A DNA stretch of 64,000 nt, from the NCBI GenBank assembly GCA_000989765.1, contig LBOW01000005.1:661-64660 (forward strand), written 5' to 3'. This document shows, piece after piece, positions 38,158 to 47,547 of the stretch. Both the position numbers and the translations under genes were made by a program. The DNA comes from Candidatus Woesebacteria bacterium GW2011_GWB1_33_22 (GTDB taxonomy: Bacteria; Patescibacteriota; Microgenomatia; UBA8517). A model generated the notes under the pieces. The model was given only the letters and a program-made list of their open reading frames with translations, was not told where the DNA came from and ran no database searches. How positions within the stretch are numbered: the stretch's first letter is position 1; each line of letters starts with the position of its first letter.

Positions 38158-41100
38158 TTATTTATTTTCTAAATTGGCTTTTTCCTCTGTTACTGGAATA
38201 AGTCTTCCTATAATAACATTTTCTTTAAGTCCCATTAATGTGTCCTCTCGGGACAAAAGTGAACTTTCAGTTAAGACGTCCGTCGTCTGTTCAAAGGATG
38301 CTGCTGATAACCAGCTCTCTGTATAAAGAGATCTTCTAGTAATTCCCAAAATAATCTGAGAGGCAGATGCTGGTTCACCACCTTCGACCAAAACTTTTTC
38401 ATTAGCCGCTTCAAAGGAAGCCTTGCTTGTTAATTCTCCAGGTAAAAAGCTGGTGTCACCAGAGCCAATAATCCTTATCTCATCACTCATTTTGCGAGCG
38501 ATTACTTCAAAATGTTTGTCATTGATTCCGATTCCTTGAGATTCATATACTTTTTGAATTTCAGCAACCAAGTATTCTTGAGCTGCACGAAGTCCTTTAA
38601 TTGTTAATATTTCTTTAAGATCAAGTGGACCAAAAGCAAGGGCTGTTCCAGCTTCAACTATTTGGTTATCTTTAACTGCAAGTTCCAGAGTTTTTGGAAC
38701 AATATATTCCCTTTCTTCTTTGATCTTTCCCGTTCCTCTAATCGTAACTTTGTAACCATCGTCGGATTCTGAAACTATCGCCTTACCAGTTATCTCTGCA
38801 ATTGATGAAACAACTTTTGGAGTTCGTGCTTCAACCAACTCTTCAACTCTTGGTAAACCTTGTGTAACATCAAGTACACCAAAGGCACCCGCAGCGTGCT
38901 TAGTTTTAAGCGTCAATTGAGTTCCAGGTTCTCCAATTGATTGAGCTGCAATAACTCCAACTGGTGTACCCATCAAAACTTCATTTTTGGTTGATAAGTC
39001 CCATCCATAACATTTAGCACAAAGACCATATCTTGACTGACATGTTAATGCCGATCTAACCTCTAAATTGTCAATACCGGAAGTATCAATTTTCCCTGCA
39101 ATTTCCTCATTAATAAGATCACCACCTATTGCAATTACTTTATTTTTGGCATCTTTAATATCATTGATTAAGTATCTACCAATAATTCTTTGCATAAAAG
39201 ATGAAGGCCTTTCAGATTTAATAACCTTTAGCCCATCTTTAGTTTTACAATCATTATATCTAATAATTAAATCGTGGGATACATCTACAAGTCTTCTAGT
39301 TAGATACCCAGCATCTGCTGTTTTAATAGCTGTGTCAGTTAAACCTTTTCTAGATCCTCTTGAAGAAGTGACATATTCAAAAACAGATAGGCCCTCCCTA
39401 AAGTTACTCTTAATTGGAAGTTCAACGATTTTCCCAAGAGGATCAACAACAAGTCCTCTCATGGCCGATAATTGTTTAACTTGATCTCGACTTGCTCGAC
39501 CGACCTTAGCGTCGATAACAACTCTAATAGGATTTGTTGGTCCCATCAAAGCCCATGTTTTATCTGCCAAATCCTCAGAAACCTCGAGCCAAACTTCCTT
39601 GGTCATCCTCTTTTTCTCTTCAAGAGTGATAAGTCCTAAGTTAAAGTTTGCCTCTATTTCAGATACTTTATCTTCTGCTTCTTTAAGAATTTTCCCTTTT
39701 TCAGGTAGCAAAACAGCGTCAAAAACTCCAAATGAAATTCCAGAAATTGTACCAGAAGTAAATCCTAATGTCTTAACATCGTCTATCATCTTAACAACTG
39801 TTCCCTTGTCACATTTAGCGTATGCTGTGGCAAACAATTTTTTGATTAAAGACGAAGTCCCAGATTCGTTTACATAATCAAAGACTGGAGGCAATATTTC
39901 ATTAAGATATATTCTTCCAACAGTCGTTTCAATAATTTTACTCTCAATTCGAACATCTATCATTTGTCGAAGCTCAATTCTTTCTGTTTGATGTGCTAGA
40001 ATTGCTTCATTTATATCTGCAAAAATCGTTTTTATCTTTTCCAATTTAGTATCAATTGAAGTTAAGTAATAAATCCCCAAGGCCATTTCTTTTGAAGCTG
40101 GAGTTGAAACAGGTGAACCATCAGATGGTCTTAATAAATTGTGTTCTGGAAGCATTAAAGTTTTTGCTTCCTCAATTGCTTGTTTTGAAAGGGGTACATG
40201 AACAGCCATTTGATCCCCATCAAAGTCCGCATTAAAACCTGAACAAATTGCTGGATGAAGCCTAATTGCACTTCCTTCAATTAAAATTGGATAGAAAGCT
40301 TGAATTGAAAGCTTGTGCAGAGTTGGTGCACGATTCAATAATACTGGATGATCTTTAGTAATTTCTTCCAAAATATCAAAAACCTCAGGTGGTCTCCTAT
40401 CAAGCATATTTTTAGCAGACTTTACATTAGGTGCAATTCCTCTTGAAATCATCTCTCGAAGTACAAATGGCTTAAACATTTCAAGAGCCATTTCTTTAGG
40501 TAATCCACATTGATTAAGCTTCAGGTCAGGTCCAACAATAATTACGCTTCTTCCAGAATAGTCTACTCTTTTACCTAAAAGGTTTTGTCTAAATCTTCCT
40601 TGTTTTCCTTTAAGCATGTCACTTAATGACCGAAGTGGTTGCCTGCCACGAGCCCTCCTGGTGGCTTTTCTTTGAGATGCATCAATTAAAGAATCAACTG
40701 CTTCTTGAAGCATTCTTTTCTCATTTCGCAAGATAATTTCAGGTGCGCCTAGGCCAATTAAGTGTTTAAGTCTGTTGTTTCTATTAATTACCCTTCTATA
40801 TAAGTCATTTAAATCAGAGGTGGCAAAACGTCCACCAGAAAGCTGTACCATTGGCCTTAAATCTGGTGGTAATACTGGTAAAACTCTAAGAATCATCCAA
40901 GCTGGATCAATTTTGGCTTTCTTTAAACCTTCCACAAGCTTTAATCTTTTGACAAGTTTTATGTATTTAGTGCTTGTTGGTTTTGTTTCATTAACTTCAG
41001 TTCTTAATTCTGTTGAAATTTTCTCTATATCGACTTCATTTAAAACAGAAAGTACTGCCTCTGCACCCATCTTGGAATCAAAAAAGTCAGCTGCACCAAA

Positions 41101-41892
41101 GTTGCTAAGTTCATCATATTCTTCTTCTGAAAGAATACTTAAAGTCTTAAGACTTCTTACTAAACTTAACAAGTTTTCAAACAATCTCGAATTTCTTGAT
41201 AAATTTGCTTTTTCATCTTCTGACAAAGAAGTTTCTTTCTTTCTGTTTTCCAATTCAATTTCTGAGACTGCCAAGCTCGCCTGATCTTTATCTTTGATCT
41301 TAGTTTCTACTTTTTCTCTTGCTTTTTTGGCTTCTTCTACTAGAATTTCTCTTTTTTCTTTAAAAGTAGCGATTATCTGAGATTCGTTTTCAGCCAATTC
41401 TTTTTCTAAAACTTTAATAGCATCTTTCTTTTTATCTTCATCAACATTTAGAGCCAAGTATCTAGCAAAATAGATAACCTGCTCAATCGCCCTCGGAGCG
41501 ACTCCTAAAATTGTTGAAATCTTACTAGGAGCTCCTTTAAAAAACCATATATGAGCAACGGGGCAAGCAAGGCTAATGTGACCCATTCTTTCTCGTCTGA
41601 CTCTAGACTGAGTTACTTCAACTCCACATTTATCACAAATAACACCTTTGTATCTAATCCTTTTATATTTACCGCAGAAACATTCCCAATCTTTAGTTGG
41701 TCCAAAGATTTTTTCATCAAAAAGACCATCTTTTTCAGATTTTAAGGTTCTATAATTTATTGTCTCAGGTTTTGTTACCTCACCCCTACTCCATCTTCGG
41801 ATATCATCTGGGGACGCCAAACGAACAACCAAGGATCCAAAATCCTCAAGATTTTTTAAATCAAACAATTGATCAAGTGTATTAGTTAACAT
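38158..41892 (-). CDS. rpoC: RNA polymerase beta' subunit
   Basis: NADFDGDQM, Zn-finger Cys, AQSIGEPGTQLT. Confidence 0.99.
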   Translation of the reverse strand: MLTNTLDQLFDLKNLEDFGSLVVRLASPDDIRRWSRGEVTKPETINYRTLKSEKDGLFDEKIFGPTKDWECFCGKYKRIRYKGVICDKCGVEVTQSRVRRERMGHISLACPVAHIWFFKGAPSKISTILGVAPRAIEQVIYFARYLALNVDEDKKKDAIKVLEKELAENESQIIATFKEKREILVEEAKKAREKVETKIKDKDQASLAVSEIELENRKKETSLSEDEKANLSRNSRLFENLLSLVRSLKTLSILSEEEYDELSNFGAADFFDSKMGAEAVLSVLNEVDIEKISTELRTEVNETKPTSTKYIKLVKRLKLVEGLKKAKIDPAWMILRVLPVLPPDLRPMVQLSGGRFATSDLNDLYRRVINRNNRLKHLIGLGAPEIILRNEKRMLQEAVDSLIDASQRKATRRARGRQPLRSLSDMLKGKQGRFRQNLLGKRVDYSGRSVIIVGPDLKLNQCGLPKEMALEMFKPFVLREMISRGIAPNVKSAKNMLDRRPPEVFDILEEITKDHPVLLNRAPTLHKLSIQAFYPILIEGSAIRLHPAICSGFNADFDGDQMAVHVPLSKQAIEEAKTLMLPEHNLLRPSDGSPVSTPASKEMALGIYYLTSIDTKLEKIKTIFADINEAILAHQTERIELRQMIDVRIESKIIETTVGRIYLNEILPPVFDYVNESGTSSLIKKLFATAYAKCDKGTVVKMIDDVKTLGFTSGTISGISFGVFDAVLLPEKGKILKEAEDKVSEIEANFNLGLITLEEKKRMTKEVWLEVSEDLADKTWALMGPTNPIRVVIDAKVGRASRDQVKQLSAMRGLVVDPLGKIVELPIKSNFREGLSVFEYVTSSRGSRKGLTDTAIKTADAGYLTRRLVDVSHDLIIRYNDCKTKDGLKVIKSERPSSFMQRIIGRYLINDIKDAKNKVIAIGGDLINEEIAGKIDTSGIDNLEVRSALTCQSRYGLCAKCYGWDLSTKNEVLMGTPVGVIAAQSIGEPGTQLTLKTKHAAGAFGVLDVTQGLPRVEELVEARTPKVVSSIAEITGKAIVSESDDGYKVTIRGTGKIKEEREYIVPKTLELAVKDNQIVEAGTALAFGPLDLKEILTIKGLRAAQEYLVAEIQKVYESQGIGINDKHFEVIARKMSDEIRIIGSGDTSFLPGELTSKASFEAANEKVLVEGGEPASASQIILGITRRSLYTESWLSAASFEQTTDVLTESSLLSREDTLMGLKENVIIGRLIPVTEEKANLENK

Positions 41893-44800
41893 CTTTTTTT
41901 ATTTCCTCTACTTCCATAGGTCCCACAGTACTTAATAATTCATTTGTTGCAATAGCGGTAGCTCCTAATTCATGAGCCAGTTTTTCACCCTCACCTGTAT
42001 CATCATCTGAAATTATTTTTGAGAGTGTGACATTTTTTGGAATGATACTTAATCCTAGTGCATTAAGTTCCCTAACCAACACTTTGAAGCTTTCTGGGAT
42101 TGTGGATTCTGGAATATCTGTTCCTTTAACAATTGCTTCAAACGCTTTAGCTCGGCCAACAATATCATCAGATTTGATTGTTAACATTTCTTGTAAAACA
42201 TGTTGAGCACGATGTGCTTCAAGTGCCCAAACCTCCATTTCTCCTAACCTCTGACCACCCATTTGAGCTTTTCCACCCAGTGGTTGTTGAGTAACAAGCG
42301 AATATGGACCTGTCGATCTGGCATGAGTTTTATCCTCAACCATGTGGGTAAGTTTCAAGATATAACTTATTCCAACCACCGTATCTTCTTTAAATGATTC
42401 CCCCGTTCGTCCATCAATAAGTCTTGCTTTACCATTTATAGGTAAGTCTGCTGATCTAAGCTCACGAACTAAATCGTCTTCTGTTACATGATCAAAGACA
42501 GGAAAAGCTCCTTTTTCATTAAGTTTATTTAATGCTAAACCAAAATGAGCCTCAAGAAGTTGGCCTAAGTTCATACGAGAAAGAACTGAAAGTGGAGAAA
42601 TAACTATGTCAACAGGTGTGCCATCTGCAAGATACGGCATATCAGAAACTGACATGATTTTAGCAATAACACCTTTATTACCATGCCTTCCGGCTACCTT
42701 ATCTCCAACAGTGATTTTTCTGATTTGAGCCACTTTAACATTAATCTTTTCAATAACACCTGGCCCCAAATCGTCACCCTTGTTACGATCCAAAATATTA
42801 ACCCCAACTACTATTCCTTTCTCGCCATGAGGGACTCTTAAAGAGGTGTCTCGAACTTCACGTGCTTTCTCGCCAAAAATTGCGCGCAACAATCTTTCTT
42901 CAGAAGTTAATTCTGTTTCTCCTTTGGGAGCAATTTTTCCAACCAAAATATCGTTTGGTCCTACTTCTGCTCCAATTACAACTATTCCATCCTCGGCCAA
43001 ATTGGCAAGTTCTATCTCTGAAACATTTGGAATGTCTTTAGTTCTTTCTTCTGGTCCCAACTTGGTGTCTACAACCTCAGCTTCATATTCCTCAATATGA
43101 ATTGATGTTAATAAATCATCTCTAACTAATCTATCTGAAACCAAGATTGCATCTTCGAATCCATATCCACCAAAACTTGTGTAGGCAACAACCATGTTAC
43201 GGCCTAAAGCCAATTCACCATTTTGACTTGCTGGACCATCAACTAATAAATCCCCCTCAACAACTTTGTCTCCAGGGTTAACCAATAATCTTTGGTTATA
43301 ACAGGTTGAATGAGCGGTTCTTTTGAACTTCATCAATGAATACTGCTCTCTTGATCCGCCGTCAACAACATCAACATCTTCAATTGTTTCATCAAGTGAA
43401 ATCTTTTTATCAAGTTTAACAACAATCTTGTCATTATCTGCATACTCGACGATTCCATTATGTCTTGCAGTAACTGATCTCTTCATGGCTTTTGATACTT
43501 CTTTTTCCATTCCAGTTCCAACTATAGGAGACTCCGGTGCAACGAGCGGAACAGCTTGACATTGCATGTTAGAACCCATCAAGGCTCTATTTCCCTCATC
43601 GTGAGCCAAAAACGGAATTAAAGAAGCTGAGGTTCCGATTAATTGTCTTGGAGTTATATCGATTAAATCAACCAACTCAACAGATCCTTCGGTAAAACTA
43701 CCCAAGTGTCTTAATGGTACTCTTGAATCTGTAATAAAACCATTGGCATCAATGTTTACCCCAGAATGGGTAATATTATAATTTTCTTCATCCTCAGCTG
43801 TTAAATAGACAATTTCGTCAGTAATTTTTACTTTTTTACCTTTTTTCTCTACTTTTCTGTACGGAGATTCCAAAAATCCAAACTCATTAACTTTAGTGTA
43901 TAGAGCAAGATATGTAACGAGACCAATATTTGGTCCCTCAGGACTTCTAACAGGGTCTATTCTTCCGTACTGAGATGAGTTAACATCACGGATAGAGAAA
44001 GATGCTCTCTCTCTATTTATTCCGCCTGAACCCAAAACTGAAACACGTCTTAAGTTGTCAATTTCAGAAAGTGGATTAGTATCATCTAAAATTGTTGAAA
44101 GTTGATTACTTCTGAAAAACTCATTTAAAGAGGAGATTAAAGGTCTTGCATTGATAAGATTTGATGGAAGTGGCCTATCATCTGGAGAAATCAAACTCAT
44201 TTTTTCCTTAACACTTCTCTCAAGCCTTAAGAGTCCGATTCTAAAAGCATTAACAGCAACCAATTCTCCAACCCTTCGAAGCCGTCTATTTGAAAGATGG
44301 TCGATATCGTCCACCCTACCTATCCCATTTTGAAGTCCTATCAAATAGGTTAAAGCTAAAGAAACATCTTTTAACGTTAAAATATTTACATTTTTATCTG
44401 CGACTTGGGCTCCAAGTCTTTTATTTATTTTGTATCTTCCAACTTCACCCAAATCATATCTTCTTTTATCTAAAAACATACTCTCAAATAAATTTGTAGC
44501 ATTTTCAATTAAAACTGGCTCACCTGGTCTTAACTTTCTATACATTTCCAAAAGGGCTTCATCTCGACTTTTGGTTGAATCTTTTTCCAGGGTTGTTTGA
44601 ATATACTTGTGTTCTTTATCTGTTTCAATCTCTTGAAAAAATCTTATAATTTCTTTCTCGCTCTCCAGGCCAAGGGCTTTTAAAAAAACTGTAGCTAAAA
44701 CTTTCTTTCTTCTATCAATTCTTGCATAAATAAGGTCTCCTCTTGTAACTTCGAATTCTAACCATGAACCATGAAGAGGTCTAACTTCGGCTTTGTAAAG

Positions 44801-45256
44801 AATTCTTCCCGATGACGCATCAAGTTCCCCAGAGAAATAAACTCCAGGACTTCTAACAATCTGATTAATAACCGCTCTTTCAATACCATTAATAATAAAG
44901 GTACCCCTATCGGTCATTTGAGGAAGATCTCCCAAGAAAACTTCCTGGCTTACTTCTTTACCTGTTCTTTTGTTAATTAAATTAGCCGTGATCTTTAAAG
45001 GAACCGCATAAGTTAAACCTTTTTGTTGTGCAATTGCCCCAGAAATAGTTGGTTTACCAAGTTCAGGATCTGATAATGTAAGTTGCCAATTTTTACTTGT
45101 AAAATCGTCTATCGGAGAAATGGATTTTAATTCTTCTGTTATCCCTTCGGTTAAAAACTTTTGCCAAGATTCTCTTTGAATAAGAGTTAAATCAAGCTTT
45201 GGAAGATTTTTTTCTTCTTTGCCGAAATTACGTCTTTGGTTGTTTTTAGCCTTCAT
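41882..45256 (-). CDS. rpoB: RNA polymerase beta subunit
   Basis: GDKVAGRHGNKG, GQRLGEMEVWALEA, PEGPNIGL. Confidence 0.99.
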   Translation of the reverse strand: MKAKNNQRRNFGKEEKNLPKLDLTLIQRESWQKFLTEGITEELKSISPIDDFTSKNWQLTLSDPELGKPTISGAIAQQKGLTYAVPLKITANLINKRTGKEVSQEVFLGDLPQMTDRGTFIINGIERAVINQIVRSPGVYFSGELDASSGRILYKAEVRPLHGSWLEFEVTRGDLIYARIDRRKKVLATVFLKALGLESEKEIIRFFQEIETDKEHKYIQTTLEKDSTKSRDEALLEMYRKLRPGEPVLIENATNLFESMFLDKRRYDLGEVGRYKINKRLGAQVADKNVNILTLKDVSLALTYLIGLQNGIGRVDDIDHLSNRRLRRVGELVAVNAFRIGLLRLERSVKEKMSLISPDDRPLPSNLINARPLISSLNEFFRSNQLSTILDDTNPLSEIDNLRRVSVLGSGGINRERASFSIRDVNSSQYGRIDPVRSPEGPNIGLVTYLALYTKVNEFGFLESPYRKVEKKGKKVKITDEIVYLTAEDEENYNITHSGVNIDANGFITDSRVPLRHLGSFTEGSVELVDLIDITPRQLIGTSASLIPFLAHDEGNRALMGSNMQCQAVPLVAPESPIVGTGMEKEVSKAMKRSVTARHNGIVEYADNDKIVVKLDKKISLDETIEDVDVVDGGSREQYSLMKFKRTAHSTCYNQRLLVNPGDKVVEGDLLVDGPASQNGELALGRNMVVAYTSFGGYGFEDAILVSDRLVRDDLLTSIHIEEYEAEVVDTKLGPEERTKDIPNVSEIELANLAEDGIVVIGAEVGPNDILVGKIAPKGETELTSEERLLRAIFGEKAREVRDTSLRVPHGEKGIVVGVNILDRNKGDDLGPGVIEKINVKVAQIRKITVGDKVAGRHGNKGVIAKIMSVSDMPYLADGTPVDIVISPLSVLSRMNLGQLLEAHFGLALNKLNEKGAFPVFDHVTEDDLVRELRSADLPINGKARLIDGRTGESFKEDTVVGISYILKLTHMVEDKTHARSTGPYSLVTQQPLGGKAQMGGQRLGEMEVWALEAHRAQHVLQEMLTIKSDDIVGRAKAFEAIVKGTDIPESTIPESFKVLVRELNALGLSIIPKNVTLSKIISDDDTGEGEKLAHELGATAIATNELLSTVGPMEVEEIKKDVN

Positions 45257-45321
45257 TATTTTAGGAAAAAATAAATCCTGGTCGAAACAGGAAAAACGTA
45301 ACTTTGTTACGCCTATAATGG

Positions 45322-45349
45322 ATTATATAAGTAATTTATACCTTGTCAA
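45322..45349 (-). promoter_or_regulatory. rpoBC promoter
   Basis: TTGACA-N16-TATAAT. Confidence 0.7.
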
Positions 45350-45363
45350 CAACTAAAAAATTA

Positions 45364-46278
45364 TCAATTTAAATACTTTTGAATATTGACATTGTGTTCC
45401 TCTAGGGTTTTTGCAAAGTGAATTGTGCCTTTATCATCATGAATATAATACCAATAGTCACTACTTTCTGGATTTTTTGCCGCTTCAAGTGAAGTTAGCC
45501 CTGCACTAGCAATTGGACTTGGAGGCAAACCCAAATTTTTATAGGTATTAAAAGGCGATTTAATTTCTTTATCAATTGAATAAACAGGTTTCCAATCACC
45601 TTTGATATATTGTAAAGTCGCATCTACTTGTAACGGCCAGTCATTTTCAAGCCTTTTGTATAAAACGCCAGCCACTATTGGTTTTTCAGAATCACTAAAT
45701 GTTTCTCTTTCTAACAAAGATGCCATAATTACCTGTTCAAAAGTAATATCTCCTATTTTTCTTTCAAAAGTTAAGGTTAATTTATTTACAATCTGAGTAG
45801 CTGTTGCGAATTTAGGAAACAAATATGTATCAGGAAACAAATAGCCTTCTTTGCCAGCAGTAAGAGTTAAAAACTCTTTAATAAATTCATTGTCTTTACC
45901 AAGCGTCTTGGCAAATTTTATAGCAACTTCTTCACGCCTTAAACCTTCTGGTATTGTTACCCAAATTTCTTTTGGACCCTTTTTAAGTTGATCTAAAATT
46001 TGCACTAAAGATAAATTGGGAGACAATTGGAATTCTCCTGCCTGTATTTTACTCTGAGAATTGGTCAATTGAACATAAAACTTAAAAACTATTCCACTTC
46101 TCAGTAATCCTGATGATTCAAGTTTATTACCAATTTGGGCGACAGATGATCCTTTAGTTATCAAAAAATCAACAGATTTATTATCTGTCGAAACTGGCAA
46201 AAATAAATTTCTTACATAAAAAGAAAATCCGACTAATAATAGAATTAAAAAAACATTAAATATTAATACTTTCTTCAT
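45364..46278 (-). CDS. mltG: Endolytic transglycosylase MltG
   Basis: TIPEG, EGYLFPDTY, ASLLERE, LQVDAT, FNTYKNLGLPPSPI. Confidence 0.95.
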   Translation of the reverse strand: MKKVLIFNVFLILLLVGFSFYVRNLFLPVSTDNKSVDFLITKGSSVAQIGNKLESSGLLRSGIVFKFYVQLTNSQSKIQAGEFQLSPNLSLVQILDQLKKGPKEIWVTIPEGLRREEVAIKFAKTLGKDNEFIKEFLTLTAGKEGYLFPDTYLFPKFATATQIVNKLTLTFERKIGDITFEQVIMASLLERETFSDSEKPIVAGVLYKRLENDWPLQVDATLQYIKGDWKPVYSIDKEIKSPFNTYKNLGLPPSPIASAGLTSLEAAKNPESSDYWYYIHDDKGTIHFAKTLEEHNVNIQKYLN

Positions 46279-46475
46279 TAGACTTCATCTAGAAGAGCTC
46301 TTCTATATTTTTTGTCCTTAACATTATAAATATAGATTCTCGCGCACTTACAGGTTACCTTTTCACCATACTTGTGAGGTTCATGTTTTGCTTTAGAAAG
46401 TGGCATTCCACAACCAACACATTTTCCTTGACTTAGAAGCCAAGCTTGAATGGGTGCAATTACATTTTTAAACAT
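46278..46475 (-). CDS. Small Cys-rich (putative zinc-binding) protein
   Basis: CVGC...CKC; TGGTATAAT just upstream; TAATG overlap with mltG. Confidence 0.75.
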   Translation of the reverse strand: MFKNVIAPIQAWLLSQGKCVGCGMPLSKAKHEPHKYGEKVTCKCARIYIYNVKDKKYRRALLDEV

Positions 46476-46499
46476 ATCTGTTAAATTATACCATTAAAA

Positions 46500-46865
46500 C
46501 TACTTACTATCTAGATAGTTTTGAAGCATGATGGTTGCCGCATAAGCGTCTTCTCTTTTTTTTCTTTTTTTTCTGTTTATGCCAGCTTGAATTGAAAGAG
46601 AGATGGCATCTTGGGAAGTTAATGTCTCGTCAAAAATTTCCGCACCGATCATACTTGCAAAGCTTTTAGATTCTTCGCCCATATTGTTCTCTGAAATGCC
46701 AACTATTATTTTTTTTATTTCTTCTTTTTCAACTATTTGTTTTATTTGTTCTATTAATACCTTTATATCAGTATATCTAATCACTCTTAATGGCTCTGCC
46801 AATTTACCTTCAGAGGTTGCCAAGCCTATTTTCTTTTTACCATAATCTATACCTAAAAAATTCAT
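46500..46865 (-). CDS. ruvX: YqgF/RuvX pre-16S rRNA nuclease / resolvase-like
   Basis: LGIDYG.KKIGLA, DETLTS, DAYAATIMLQNYLD. Confidence 0.92.
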   Translation of the reverse strand: MNFLGIDYGKKKIGLATSEGKLAEPLRVIRYTDIKVLIEQIKQIVEKEEIKKIIVGISENNMGEESKSFASMIGAEIFDETLTSQDAISLSIQAGINRKKRKKREDAYAATIMLQNYLDSK

Positions 46866-46869
46866 ATAT

Positions 46870-47547
46870 TTATAATACCACTCTGGCTCTAACAATTAAC
46901 CTCTTTGGATTTCTAGGATCCCCCGGCGGAACACAGGTAACTAGTGTAATAAATGAGTCTGTTGGGTTTTGCTCAAGTATTTGAATATCAGATGGATATA
47001 TTTCAAATAATTCTTCTACCTTAAATTTGTATGAAACACCATCATATTCTATGAATATATCGTCACCCTCTTTTAGAGTTGGTAGTGTTGAAAAAATTGA
47101 AGTGTAGTTTTTAGGGTTATAAAAAATTGGCAGAATTGAATGACCAAAAATAACAGCGTTTCCGTTTTTGCCAGGTAAAGCTGTCCCTGGATACTGAACA
47201 AGATTTTTTGTCAAATCTTCTCCACCAAGAGCCACAACTGCATCTTGAATTTTTAATTTTGGAATTGAAATAGTATAAAAAGAAACTTTGGAACTTCCAA
47301 AATCTTTATTTTTGGGAGCTTCAGGAAACCAATTTGAGGCCTTTGTAAAATCTTTACGAAAGGTTTGAGTATCGTCTTTATCTAAGATAAGCGGTGTTAA
47401 GAGGGTTTTATAACGGTTACCCTCAGTCAGTTGATAACTAATAATGGGCCATACAGAAGAAACGAGAATCACAAGTCCTGAGATTCCTGATATAAGCGCA
47501 GAAAATTTGATTATATTTCGCTTTTTGCGATTGTTTAAATCTCTCAT
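46870..47547 (-). CDS. Sortase
   Basis: N-terminal TM; GN.VIFGHS, TLVTC, RLIVRA catalytic His/Cys/Arg. Confidence 0.93.
   Translation of the reverse strand: MRDLNNRKKRNIIKFSALISGISGLVILVSSVWPIISYQLTEGNRYKTLLTPLILDKDDTQTFRKDFTKASNWFPEAPKNKDFGSSKVSFYTISIPKLKIQDAVVALGGEDLTKNLVQYPGTALPGKNGNAVIFGHSILPIFYNPKNYTSIFSTLPTLKEGDDIFIEYDGVSYKFKVEELFEIYPSDIQILEQNPTDSFITLVTCVPPGDPRNPKRLIVRARVVL

Noticed and set aside
38158-45256. Plus-strand ORFs inside rpoB/rpoC and similar shadows elsewhere
   Set aside because: Antisense shadows of conserved genes with no motifs
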